Shown: positions 55,487-64,000 of the stretch, piece by piece
How positions within the stretch are numbered: position 1 is the stretch's first letter
Layout: every line of letters starts with the position of its first letter
Assembly (NCBI GenBank): GCA_017857875.1
Contig: JAFMCH010000001.1
Location: 67,745 to 131,744, forward strand
From: Actinomycetota bacterium
Lineage (GTDB): Bacteria; Actinomycetota; Actinomycetes; S36-B12
Direction of reading: 5' to 3'
DNA length: 64,000 nucleotides
The notes under the pieces: generated by a model
What the model was told of the DNA's origin: nothing
Database searches by the model: none
Seen by the model: only the letters and a program-made list of their open reading frames with translations
Made by a program: the position numbers and the translations under genes

Positions 55487-56512
55487 GTGCAACGTGTTGC
55501 AGTAGTCGGTGGAGGAATCAGTGGGATTGCTTGTGCCACATCGCTTGTCAATCGCGGCGTGCCGGTCACGATTTTTGATCGTGGCCATCGCATCGGCGGG
55601 CGATTAGCGACCCAGACCCTTCGCGACACGGGTACTCAGTGGGACACGCGGGTTGTTGATGTAGGGGCTTCGTATTTTACGGCCCATGATGTGCGATTCA
55701 AACGCGTCGTCGAGTCACTGTGCGACCAGGGGATTGCACGCGAGTGGACAGACACCATTCATGTAGCTGATGCCACGGGCGTGATTGGACCCAAAATCGG
55801 GCCGGTTCGTTATGCCACGTCAGGGGGTTTACGCAGTGTGGTGCAGGCGCTCGCCGATCAGTTACCTGCAGATCTCGTGCGCTGGGAATATCCGCATGAC
55901 GTGGGAGGCCTCATTCCACGTGAAAACGGAATAGCCGTAGGAGACGATCTATTCGCGGCGGTGGCTGTGTGCATGCCTGACCCCCAGGCGCAACGATTAT
56001 TCATCGATCCTGGCTTCGAGCAGGCGCGGGCCGTGCTTGCTAATTCACCTCGATGGGAACCAGTCCTCGCACTGACCACCGTTTATGAGAGTCGATGCTG
56101 GCAACCCTTTGATGCCATGTTCGTCAATGATGATGCAGCGATCACCTTTATTGCCAATGATGGCTCTCGACGGGGAGATGACGCGCCGGTGTTAGTCACG
56201 CACTCGGCATCTGCCATAGCCGGTGCCCACCTGAGCGATCCCAACGAGGCCGCACCCGCACTGATGGCCGCTGTGGCGCAAGTGTTGGACACGCAGATGC
56301 ATCCCAGCTGGTTTAGCGTCAAGCGCTGGACCTTTGCACGACCAACCGCTGCTCGCGCTGAGTTATTCGGCTGGGCGGAAACGCCAGCGCGATGGCCAAT
56401 CGGACTAGCCGGCGACTCGTGGGCCGGTGGCCCACGAACCGAAACAGCGTGGCTGAGTGGGACTGAACTTGGGCTGGCTCTCGCTGCATCCGATAGCCTG
56501 CTGGGCGATTAG
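55487..56512 (+). CDS. NAD(P)/FAD-dependent oxidoreductase (amine oxidase/renalase-like)
   Basis: N-terminal dinucleotide fold VAVVGGGISGIACA...FDRGHRIGGR. Confidence 0.7.
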   Translation: MQRVAVVGGGISGIACATSLVNRGVPVTIFDRGHRIGGRLATQTLRDTGTQWDTRVVDVGASYFTAHDVRFKRVVESLCDQGIAREWTDTIHVADATGVIGPKIGPVRYATSGGLRSVVQALADQLPADLVRWEYPHDVGGLIPRENGIAVGDDLFAAVAVCMPDPQAQRLFIDPGFEQARAVLANSPRWEPVLALTTVYESRCWQPFDAMFVNDDAAITFIANDGSRRGDDAPVLVTHSASAIAGAHLSDPNEAAPALMAAVAQVLDTQMHPSWFSVKRWTFARPTAARAELFGWAETPARWPIGLAGDSWAGGPRTETAWLSGTELGLALAASDSLLGD

Positions 56513-56588
56513 TGTGCGTTGGCGATGACCGCCAACGAGTCGAACCGCGCTTGTGCGCACCAGGACGAAGCATCGATTGAGGTGAGTT

Positions 56589-57872
56589 ATGCCAGCCATT
56601 GCACTGCTCGGTGCTCAATGGGGCGACGAGGGCAAAGGTAAGGCAACCGACCTGTTGGGCGGGCGAGTTGACTACGTGGTGCGCTATCAGGGCGGGAATA
56701 ACGCGGGTCACACCGTGGTCATCGGTGACCGCAGTTACGCGTTGCACCTACTGCCCAGCGGCATCTTGAGCCCCGGTGTCGTACCGGTCATTGGTAACGG
56801 GGTTGTTGTCGACCCGCAGGTGCTGCTTGATGAGATGGCAGGGTTGACCGAGCGTGGCGTGGACTGTTCACGATTACTGATTAGCGCCAACGCGCATCTC
56901 ATTACGAACTATCACGTCACTCTTGACAAGGTCACCGAGCGGTTTCTGGGCAAGGCAAAGATCGGCACCACGGGTCGCGGAATCGGACCCGCCTACGCGG
57001 ACAAGGTGGGCCGCCTGGGTATTCGCGTGCAAGATCTGTTCGATCCATCGATCCTGCGCCAAAAAGTAGAGGGCTCCCTGGAGGGAAAGAACCAGGTTTT
57101 AGTCAAGGTCTTCAATCGTCGCGATATTGATGTCGATGCGATCACCGAGGAGTTGCTGGGATTTGCCGATGTCCTTCGGCCTTATGTAGTCGACACGGCA
57201 CTGGTGCTCAACGACGCGCTCGATGCAGGCAAGACTGTTTTGCTAGAGGGTGGGCAAGGAACGCTACTTGATGTTGACCATGGAACCTACCCGTTTGTCA
57301 CCTCATCGAACCCGACGGCCGGCGGTGCTTGCACCGGTAGCGGTATCGGCCCCACGCGCCTAGATCGCGTGCTAGGAATTCTCAAGGCGTATACAACACG
57401 CGTCGGTAGCGGACCATTTCCGACCGAACTATTCGATGACGACGGTGAACGACTACAACGTGTGGGTGGCGAGGTCGGCGTCACAACCGGTCGCTCGCGT
57501 AGATGTGGTTGGTTCGATGCGCCCATTGCGCGATACGCCACGCGCATCAATGGATTAACCGACATCTTCTTGACGAAGCTTGATGTGCTGTCAGGTTTTG
57601 AGCGCATTCCCGTATGTGTCGGCTATGAGGTCGATGGTGCGGTGAGTACGGAAATTCCTATGACTCAAACTGACTTTCATCACGCGCAGCCGGTTTATGA
57701 GTACCTGCCCGGTTGGTCTGAAGACATTTCCGGCGCGCGGTCCATGGCAGACCTTCCAACGGCCGCACGCGACTACGTGGAATTCCTCGAGCAAGCATCA
57801 GGTGCGCCTATCAGTGCCATTGGGGTGGGCCCCGACCGCGATGCCACCATCGTCATTCGCGACCTGTTGTAG
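56589..57872 (+). CDS. purA: adenylosuccinate synthase
   Basis: [35 protein letters not shown]. Confidence 0.96.
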   Translation: MPAIALLGAQWGDEGKGKATDLLGGRVDYVVRYQGGNNAGHTVVIGDRSYALHLLPSGILSPGVVPVIGNGVVVDPQVLLDEMAGLTERGVDCSRLLISANAHLITNYHVTLDKVTERFLGKAKIGTTGRGIGPAYADKVGRLGIRVQDLFDPSILRQKVEGSLEGKNQVLVKVFNRRDIDVDAITEELLGFADVLRPYVVDTALVLNDALDAGKTVLLEGGQGTLLDVDHGTYPFVTSSNPTAGGACTGSGIGPTRLDRVLGILKAYTTRVGSGPFPTELFDDDGERLQRVGGEVGVTTGRSRRCGWFDAPIARYATRINGLTDIFLTKLDVLSGFERIPVCVGYEVDGAVSTEIPMTQTDFHHAQPVYEYLPGWSEDISGARSMADLPTAARDYVEFLEQASGAPISAIGVGPDRDATIVIRDLL

Positions 57873-57878
57873 GTAATC

Positions 57879-59300
57879 GTGGCCGACCATCGCAGCGGGG
57901 ACTTCATCGCAGGGCTCATCGGTGCGGTGGGTGCCGAGCATGTGCTGACTGATGCCGTGCTGATCGAACCGTTCGTCACCGACTGGACTCGTCGATGGCG
58001 TGGTGCAGCCCAGGCCGTGGTGCGCCCGGCTACCACGGAGCAGGTCGCCGCAGTGATGAAAATATGTGCTGCACATGGTGTGGCCGTGGTGCCACAGGGT
58101 GGAAACACCGGTCTTGTCGGCGGCAGTATTCCTGCTGATGAACCCCCGTTTTCGCATGTCTCACTTCCGATCGTGATGAGCACAAAGCGTCTTGATCAGG
58201 TGTCGGATGTCGATCAGCAGGCTGGCCAGGTGACCGTGGGTGCCGGGGTGACACTGGGAGAGCTGCACCAGCACGTACAGCGAGCCGGTTGGGCCTACGG
58301 AGTTGACTTGGCCGCGCGTGACTCGGCAACTATCGGCGGCACGGTGGCGACTAATGCCGGAGGCATCCGGGTGATCGCCTATGGCATGACGCGAATGCAG
58401 ATCCGAGGGGTAGAGGCCGTGCTTCCGGACGGATCCATCATTGAGCACCTCGGTGGACTAATCAAAGACAACACTGGGTACGACCTTGCCGGTGTTCTGT
58501 GCGGTAGTGAAGGCACCTTGGGCATCATCACTGCGGTTCGCGTCGGTTTGCATCGCATTCCGGCCGAAACGAGTGTGGCACTCATTGGCGTCGAGTCGTT
58601 CGATGAAGCCATCGAACTGCTTACCCGGGCAGTTGTTCCAGGTGCTGATCTGCTGGCGGCTGAGGTGATCGACGAGACCGGCATTGAACTTGCCATGCAG
58701 GTGACCGGATTGGCGTGGCCGTTACAAGATCGACATCCGCTACTGCTTTTGTTGGAGGTTGCCGACGGTGGGACGGGAGTCGGCTTCAACGAATCCGCGT
58801 TAGTCAACCGCGACGTCGTCATGGGCCTTGATAGCGTTGATAAGCAACGGCTCTGGGCATATCGCGAGCGTCAGTCGGAGGCATTCTCAGCCCACGCTGC
58901 TCAAGCCGGTGGCGATGTGGCACATAAACTTGATATTTCGCTGCCGATCCAGCAGTTGGCTCAGTGCGCCGATCAATTGCGCGAGCGCATGCTCAACTAT
59001 TCGCCGGTGGAATCATTTGGCATTTTTGGACACCTAGCGGACGGAAATTTGCACGTGGAAATCGTGGGTCCGTCGGCAACCGATGAGGAAGTTGACCGCC
59101 TCGTGCTGTCCGTGGTCTCCCAGTATGGCGGAAGCGTGTCGGCTGAGCACGGTATTGGTCGAGCAAAAACTGCGTGGTTATCGATCTCTCGTTCGGCGGC
59201 CGAAATCCGGGCGATGCGTGCCCTGAAGGACGCGTGGGACCCGCAGGGATTACTGAATCCCGGTGTCATTTTCGCCAGCGAGGAACACCCCAGCAAGTGA
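57879..59300 (+). CDS. FAD-binding oxidoreductase (GlcD / D-lactate dehydrogenase-like, FAD_binding_4 + FAD-oxidase C)
   Basis: VVPQGGNTGLVGGS, TIGGTVATNAGG, and C-terminal GGSVSAEHGIGRAK. Confidence 0.85.
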   Translation: MADHRSGDFIAGLIGAVGAEHVLTDAVLIEPFVTDWTRRWRGAAQAVVRPATTEQVAAVMKICAAHGVAVVPQGGNTGLVGGSIPADEPPFSHVSLPIVMSTKRLDQVSDVDQQAGQVTVGAGVTLGELHQHVQRAGWAYGVDLAARDSATIGGTVATNAGGIRVIAYGMTRMQIRGVEAVLPDGSIIEHLGGLIKDNTGYDLAGVLCGSEGTLGIITAVRVGLHRIPAETSVALIGVESFDEAIELLTRAVVPGADLLAAEVIDETGIELAMQVTGLAWPLQDRHPLLLLLEVADGGTGVGFNESALVNRDVVMGLDSVDKQRLWAYRERQSEAFSAHAAQAGGDVAHKLDISLPIQQLAQCADQLRERMLNYSPVESFGIFGHLADGNLHVEIVGPSATDEEVDRLVLSVVSQYGGSVSAEHGIGRAKTAWLSISRSAAEIRAMRALKDAWDPQGLLNPGVIFASEEHPSK

Positions 59301-60043
59301 TCAAACCGTTGTATGAATCCAAGATTCGTCAGCTTCCACTGGTCATCGCACATCGTGGGGCGAGTGCTGCCGAACCTGAGATGACTGCCGCCGCCTACGA
59401 ACGAGCAATCCTGGATGGTGCTGATGGTTGCGAATGCGATGTGCGGTTATCCCGTGATGGCGTGCTGGTGTTGATACATGATGCAACCATTGATCGAACA
59501 ACCACCGGCCGAGGCTCCATATCGACGTTGACCTGGTCTGAGGTTGCGCCGTTGGGACTGCTGAGCCTTGACGACCTCATTGACATCGCCCAGGGAGTTG
59601 GCCGTCCGGTGCGATTGTCGATTGAGACGAAGCACCCAAGTCGTGACTCGCGTGCCCTCGAGCAGGCTGTTTACGACAAGTTGCGCGAGCGTCGCCGCTT
59701 GGCACTCGGCCTGGACCGCATAATGTCGTTTTCACTAGCCGCAATGCAGCGAATGCATCACATCGATTCATCGCTACCGTTGGTGTATCTATTCGACCAA
59801 CCACCTGGCCGCTGGATCAGCGGTGCGTTACCCGGCGGTATCTCAACGGCCGGCATTTCACTGGCTGGATTACGAGCTGATCCAGGTTACGTGCGTCGGG
59901 TGAAGGATCACGGTGGCAAGGTGCATGTCTGGACTGTTAATACCGAGCAAGACATCGTCTGGTGTGTTGAGGCAGGCGTTGATGCGGTCATCACGAATGA
60001 GCCGGCCCTGGCTCGTCGCATGATTGACACGCATACGGCGTAG
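59297..60043 (+). CDS. glycerophosphodiester phosphodiesterase
   Basis: The GTG at 59297 overlaps the upstream stop (GTGA). GDPD motifs VIAHRGASAAEPEMT, CECDVRLSRDGVLVLIHD, VHVWTVN. Confidence 0.85.
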   Translation: MIKPLYESKIRQLPLVIAHRGASAAEPEMTAAAYERAILDGADGCECDVRLSRDGVLVLIHDATIDRTTTGRGSISTLTWSEVAPLGLLSLDDLIDIAQGVGRPVRLSIETKHPSRDSRALEQAVYDKLRERRRLALGLDRIMSFSLAAMQRMHHIDSSLPLVYLFDQPPGRWISGALPGGISTAGISLAGLRADPGYVRRVKDHGGKVHVWTVNTEQDIVWCVEAGVDAVITNEPALARRMIDTHTA

Positions 60044-60077
60044 GGATGTGCCTGCGTAGGCCGTAGGCTGTCGCGCC

Positions 60078-61025
60078 GTGACCAAAAAACGCTCCAGCCA
60101 GTCGAGTAATCCGTCTTCCTCGGGCGAAATCCCCGTGGTTGGAATGCGCGAACCATGCCCGTGCGGTTCCGGCCGCCGATACAAGGCCTGCCACGGTAAA
60201 GAAACAAATCGGGTCGAAGACCGCGTGAAGCGACCCTTCGCTGATCTCGTGGATGAGTGCGACTGGGTGGCCATGCGTGAGATCGTTCCGGCGGCCACTT
60301 CGCCACTGTCATTGCAGATGCCCTCAGACCGACGGGTTTTCGTCACCACGGTGCTTCCCATGGCGTGGCCAGCATTGGTGCGAGACAACGGCGATGTGTT
60401 CATTGCGTTACAGGTAACGACCGGGTCCGGTGACCCTAGTCGCGATACTGCGGTAGCTCTCCAGTCGGCATTGGCCGCCGAGCCAGGCACGCCGATACCG
60501 CCGTCGGGTCTGCCCGGCCCTGGCCCACGGCTACAAGACCTCATCGCAGCCCAGCCATTAGAGATCACCGTGCACGATTCCTTCGACTACTGGATGACCG
60601 AGGAAGCACCGGCTTCGGGTGAGGTGCGCGAGTCACTGGAGCGAGCCAATGCGCGGGTAATGCCAACAACTCGACTGACCAGTGTCGCTGCTGCCTACTG
60701 GGTGGAGATGGGCGACAAGAAGTTCCTGCGGTGGGTGCTGCCTCATGATGAAGAACCGCTGCTTGATGCGCTGGCTCGACTAAAGGCCGCCGGTGACATC
60801 AATCTGCCCGGATTCGACAACCGCTTTGTGGGCAGTTTCCGGGCGGATGGCCTGTTGGTTCCTGTCTGGGAGTTGGGCACGCAAACAACTGCTGATCAGT
60901 GTGAGGATGCGGCGGTGCAATTTGGGGAAGCGCTGTCGGTCGCACTCGCGGATACCTCTGATCTCACCTCGACGCAGCGCGGTGCGAGGTCTGGGCTCCA
61001 GACCCGTCAAATCACTCTGCGCTAG
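60078..61025 (+). CDS. DUF5926-like protein with N-terminal SEC-C zinc motif
   Basis: CPCGSGRRYKACHG near the N-terminus, followed by a domain of about 260 aa. The pattern matches the actinobacterial DUF5926 family as I recall it. Confidence 0.68.
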   Translation: MTKKRSSQSSNPSSSGEIPVVGMREPCPCGSGRRYKACHGKETNRVEDRVKRPFADLVDECDWVAMREIVPAATSPLSLQMPSDRRVFVTTVLPMAWPALVRDNGDVFIALQVTTGSGDPSRDTAVALQSALAAEPGTPIPPSGLPGPGPRLQDLIAAQPLEITVHDSFDYWMTEEAPASGEVRESLERANARVMPTTRLTSVAAAYWVEMGDKKFLRWVLPHDEEPLLDALARLKAAGDINLPGFDNRFVGSFRADGLLVPVWELGTQTTADQCEDAAVQFGEALSVALADTSDLTSTQRGARSGLQTRQITLR

Positions 61026-61082
61026 CGACAAGTAACGCCTGACCGGTGCTACTTCGATTGATCTACGCACTAGGCTGCTGAG

Positions 61083-61577
61083 GTGACCTGGGATGCCCAA
61101 ACCGCTGCCTTGCTTGGCGCCATCGGTGGTGGGCTAGCGATCATTGCTTTGGTCTTGATCACGGTGATCTTTCTCCGCATGGCGCGCATGCGACGGGACT
61201 ATCTGCTGTTGCAGGCCGAAGGCAGTCAGGATTCCTTCATCGAGGTTGTCGCCCGCAAAACACAAGAAGTTGGATTGCTACGTGAGCAGGTAGAACTGCT
61301 ACACGCTCAGTTGCTGCACACGCGAGAGGAATTAGCTAAGGCGATCCGGCACGTAGGAGTGGTGCGGTTCGATGCGTTCGGCGACATGGGTGGTCGTATG
61401 TCCTTCACCGCGGCGCTGGTTGATGATCACGGTGACGGAATCATCTTGACCACGATTCATGCTCGGTCTGAGTCACGCACCTACATCCGGGGATTGCGAG
61501 CGGGGCAGGCTGACTCGGAGTTGTCGCCAGAAGAAGACCAAGCGGTTGATCAAGTACTACGGAGCCTGCCGTCATGA
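61083..61577 (+). CDS. DUF4446-like membrane-anchored protein
   Basis: 164 aa ORF with an N-terminal TM helix, a coiled-coil region, and VRFDAFGDMGGRMSFTAALVDDHGDGIILTTIH, typical of DUF4446. It overlaps the pheA start. Confidence 0.65.
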   Translation: MTWDAQTAALLGAIGGGLAIIALVLITVIFLRMARMRRDYLLLQAEGSQDSFIEVVARKTQEVGLLREQVELLHAQLLHTREELAKAIRHVGVVRFDAFGDMGGRMSFTAALVDDHGDGIILTTIHARSESRTYIRGLRAGQADSELSPEEDQAVDQVLRSLPS

Positions 61578-62527
61578 ACACCGAAACCCATTCTCCCGCG
61601 GTCGCCTATTTGGGCCCCCGGGGAACCTTCGCCGAAGCCGCGTTGGTTGCTTTATCCCTTGATTCGACTGCTGCTATTGCCGCAGATTCGGTGACCGCAG
61701 CCATTGATCTTGTTCGGTCGGGTGCGGCAACGGGTGCCGTGGTGCCGATCGAGAACTCCGTCGAAGGTTCGGTCTCGACCACCTTGGACGAACTGGCTTC
61801 CGGTTCGCCTTTGGTCATCACCGCGGAGGTAGCGCTGCCGGTTCGCTTCTCGCTGATGGTCCGCGAGGGTTTGTCGATAGGGGATATTCGTTCAGTAGCA
61901 ACGCATCCGCACGCTCAGGCTCAGTGTTCCGCGTGGTTGCGGCAGCACCTGCCCAACGCCCAACTGATTCCTGCTACCTCAACCGCTGGTGCTGCATTGG
62001 CGCTAGCTCATTCATCGTCGACCGAACCAGCACCCTTTGATGCCGCTATTGCACAACGTTTGGCGGCAGACCGTTACGGACTGATCGTGCTAGCTGACGA
62101 CATCGGCGACAACGATGAGGCCACCACCCGCTTCATTGTCGTGCAGCAGCCCGGGGCTTTACCGCGGCGAACAGGTGCTGACAAAACCACCCTGGTCGTA
62201 TTCATGACCGAGGATCATCCAGGTGCCCTGCTGGAGATCCTGACCGAACTCGCCGTGCGCGGTGTCAACATGACACGTATCGAATCCCGACCCACCCGGC
62301 GAGCGATGGGCGATTACTTTTTCTCCATCGATTGCGAGGGCCACATCGATGATGAACGCGTATCTGAGGCACTCAAGGGTCTACATCGAATATGCCGCGA
62401 TGTGCGCTTTCTAGGTTCTTATCCCCGACATGACGGCAAGTCGGCCTTGTTACGCGACGGCGTCAGCGATGGGGATTTCGCTGACGCTGATGCATGGTTG
62501 GCCAGAATTCGCTCAGGTACCGCTTGA
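61574..62527 (+). CDS. pheA: prephenate dehydratase
   Basis: YLGPRGTFAE, the TRF motif (ATTRFIVV), and the ACT domain with ESRPT. Confidence 0.9.
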   Translation: MNTETHSPAVAYLGPRGTFAEAALVALSLDSTAAIAADSVTAAIDLVRSGAATGAVVPIENSVEGSVSTTLDELASGSPLVITAEVALPVRFSLMVREGLSIGDIRSVATHPHAQAQCSAWLRQHLPNAQLIPATSTAGAALALAHSSSTEPAPFDAAIAQRLAADRYGLIVLADDIGDNDEATTRFIVVQQPGALPRRTGADKTTLVVFMTEDHPGALLEILTELAVRGVNMTRIESRPTRRAMGDYFFSIDCEGHIDDERVSEALKGLHRICRDVRFLGSYPRHDGKSALLRDGVSDGDFADADAWLARIRSGTA

Positions 62528-63463
62528 GTTTCTTCCTGATGCGTTTCGATGTAGCACCGACTCGATGAGTTGGGCAACGCCTTCTTGAGAGTTGGCGGGC
62601 ACATGATGCGTAGCGGCACTCAAGACAGCCGGATGGGCGTTAGCAACTGCGTATGAGGTCTCGGCCCAAAACAACATGGGTAGGTCATTGGGTGCATCAC
62701 CCGCGCTAATCACATGACTGGGTCCGTGACCATCGATGGCCGCGACGCGGGCGAGCGTGGTTGCCTTGCTGACACCTAGGGCGCTGATCTCTAGCAGGCG
62801 ATCGGTGGGATCTGAGTGGGTGACCTCGACGAGCCCGCTGAGTGCCTCATCACCCACCGTTAAGAAGACGTCGTTATCAAAGGTGACATCGTCTCCTGGC
62901 CGCACCAGGATCTTCACCACATCACCCTGCGCAACGAGTTCTTCGATCGGTGCGATGTGTGTGTCGGCGGGAACGGGCCAACGTGGGCGATAGCCATCAC
63001 CAAGAGCGAATTCGGTCGGATCGGCTGGCAGTGAGTCGAGGCGGTCATATGCTGCTCCTGCCGTGCTTGCCAGCCGCGCACCAGGCCTGGCCCGTTCGAC
63101 TGCGAAGACCACCCCAGGCAACGCGTGACGCAATCGGTCGATGGCTTCTGCGGCCACCTGGGCCGCAAGGGCGAACACCTCGAGCACCTCTCCGTTAGCA
63201 AGGTCTAGCACTACGCCCCCGTTGGCACCGATGCCAATGCCTCGATGCCCGGTCATGTCGACGATCGGGGCAATCCAGCGAGGTGGCCGTCCGGTCACAA
63301 TCACCAGGTCGATATCGCTATCACGCAATTCGTCCAGGGCCTGTCGGGTCCGCGCACCCACCGAACCATCAGGCAACAGCAGCGTGCCGTCAAGATCAGA
63401 CGCAATGAGCCGAACGTTGTCGGGGACAGGAATTGCATCGAATTCTCGGGTCACACTTGCCAT
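62513..63463 (-). CDS. HAD-IIB (Cof-type) family hydrolase
   Basis: Motif [12 protein letters not shown], motif II VTGRP, and motif [11 protein letters not shown]. Confidence 0.8.
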   Translation of the reverse strand: MASVTREFDAIPVPDNVRLIASDLDGTLLLPDGSVGARTRQALDELRDSDIDLVIVTGRPPRWIAPIVDMTGHRGIGIGANGGVVLDLANGEVLEVFALAAQVAAEAIDRLRHALPGVVFAVERARPGARLASTAGAAYDRLDSLPADPTEFALGDGYRPRWPVPADTHIAPIEELVAQGDVVKILVRPGDDVTFDNDVFLTVGDEALSGLVEVTHSDPTDRLLEISALGVSKATTLARVAAIDGHGPSHVISAGDAPNDLPMLFWAETSYAVANAHPAVLSAATHHVPANSQEGVAQLIESVLHRNASGRNSSGT

Positions 63464-63525
63464 GGTCTCAGCCTCGGTCTACGGTCACCGAAGTGGCAAG
63501 TGCCGGTGACGAGAGGATGCAACCC

Positions 63526-64000
63526 ATGGATGACACAGTTCGCCAGCACAAGTACCTGCTGACCGAGGATCAGATGCCGACGGTTTGGTACAACCTCGCG
63601 GCCGATCTGCCCACTCCTCCTCCGCCTCCTCTTCATCCTGGCCGCATGGACCCCGTCGGCCCGGATGATCTCGCGCCTTTGTTTCCGATGGAACTGATCA
63701 TGCAGGAGGTGTCCACAGATCGGTACATCGACATTCCTGGTGGCGTCCTCGACGTCTACCGGCAGTGGCGCCCATCGCCGCTGTTTCGTGCTCACGGACT
63801 CGAAAAAGCATTGGGCACACCGGCGCGCATCTACTACAAGTACGAGGGCGTGTCTCCGGCTGGCTCGCATAAGCCGAATACGTCTGTGCCACAGGCGTAC
63901 TACAACGCCAAAGAGGGCACCAAGAAGCTAACCACCGAGACCGGGGCCGGGCAGTGGGGAACCGCGCTCGCCTATGCGTGTGCCCTGTTCGACATGGAGT
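63526..64000 (+). CDS. TrpB-like PLP-dependent enzyme (TrpB2 type), partial; continues past the window end
   Basis: My own translation reads [29 protein letters not shown]...[24 protein letters not shown]...GAGQWGTAL. The PLP lysine context SHKPNT and the TrpB2-specific N-terminus are present. The frame is open to position 64000. Alternative ATG at 63517. Confidence 0.8.
   Translation, partial: MDDTVRQHKYLLTEDQMPTVWYNLAADLPTPPPPPLHPGRMDPVGPDDLAPLFPMELIMQEVSTDRYIDIPGGVLDVYRQWRPSPLFRAHGLEKALGTPARIYYKYEGVSPAGSHKPNTSVPQAYYNAKEGTKKLTTETGAGQWGTALAYACALFDME

Noticed and set aside
59870-60568. 232 aa minus-strand ORF antisense to the GDPD 3' end and the DUF5926 5' part
   Set aside because: It spans an intergenic region between two well-supported plus-strand genes and has no motifs. 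It is a typical antisense artefact.
1-64000. Search for CRISPR arrays, transposases/IS elements, integrases, prophage genes, toxin-antitoxin pairs, restriction-modification or other defence systems, and rRNA operons
   Set aside because: No direct-repeat/spacer periodicity, no DDE/tyrosine/serine recombinase motifs and no phage structural or defence-type ATPase/nuclease signatures appeared in any frame. The only tandem repeats are the short coding ones listed. The tRNA pair is not part of an rRNA operon here.

Overview
High-GC actinobacterial chromosome segment centred on the replication origin. The backbone follows the gene order known from Mycobacterium tuberculosis Rv3907c to Rv0013: cca, NUDIX, DUF6049, murJ, pseudokinase, sigM, anti-sigma, trxB, trxA, cwlM, then parB-parA-rsmG-jag-yidC-yidD/rnpA-rpmH on the minus strand. 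This is followed by dnaA, oriC, dnaN, recF, dciA(DUF721), gyrB, gyrA, DUF3566, tRNA-Ile, tRNA-Ala, ppiA, rhomboid, crgA and trpG. Downstream (39-64 kb) lie housekeeping and envelope genes: POT transporter, rmlB, CoA-transferase, secreted S1 protease, SDR, a large secreted repeat protein, pyrE, a PASTA-only protein, a DUF368 putative Und-P translocase, TrmH, class I aldolase, purA, pheA and a TrpB-like gene. I support about 63 CDS, 2 tRNAs, oriC with about 8 DnaA boxes, one perfect and one near-perfect parS site, and a SigH/SigR-type promoter ahead of trxB. I saw no transposase, integrase, phage genes, CRISPR array or recognisable defence, toxin or secondary-metabolite cluster, so this is mostly core genome. 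The candidates for something undescribed are architectural. (1) An extracytoplasmic S15/CocE-like hydrolase is fused through one TM helix to a cytoplasmic ABC ATPase, with a coupled ABC-2 permease. (2) A parS-containing small ORF is translationally coupled to a ParA that has no N-terminal extension. (3) RnpA and YidD form one in-frame ORF with a duplicated linker. (4) Cell-wall signalling modules are unbundled (stand-alone MurJ-adjacent pseudokinase, kinase-less PASTA protein), and the pknB/pstP/fhaAB operon is missing from its usual place after trpG. (5) A roughly 7.5-repeat secreted protein with an FN3 domain lies near an S1 protease with FN3 domains. (6) A DnaA-box cluster sits about 10 kb from oriC. 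All functional calls come from motif recognition and synteny by eye; no database search was run.
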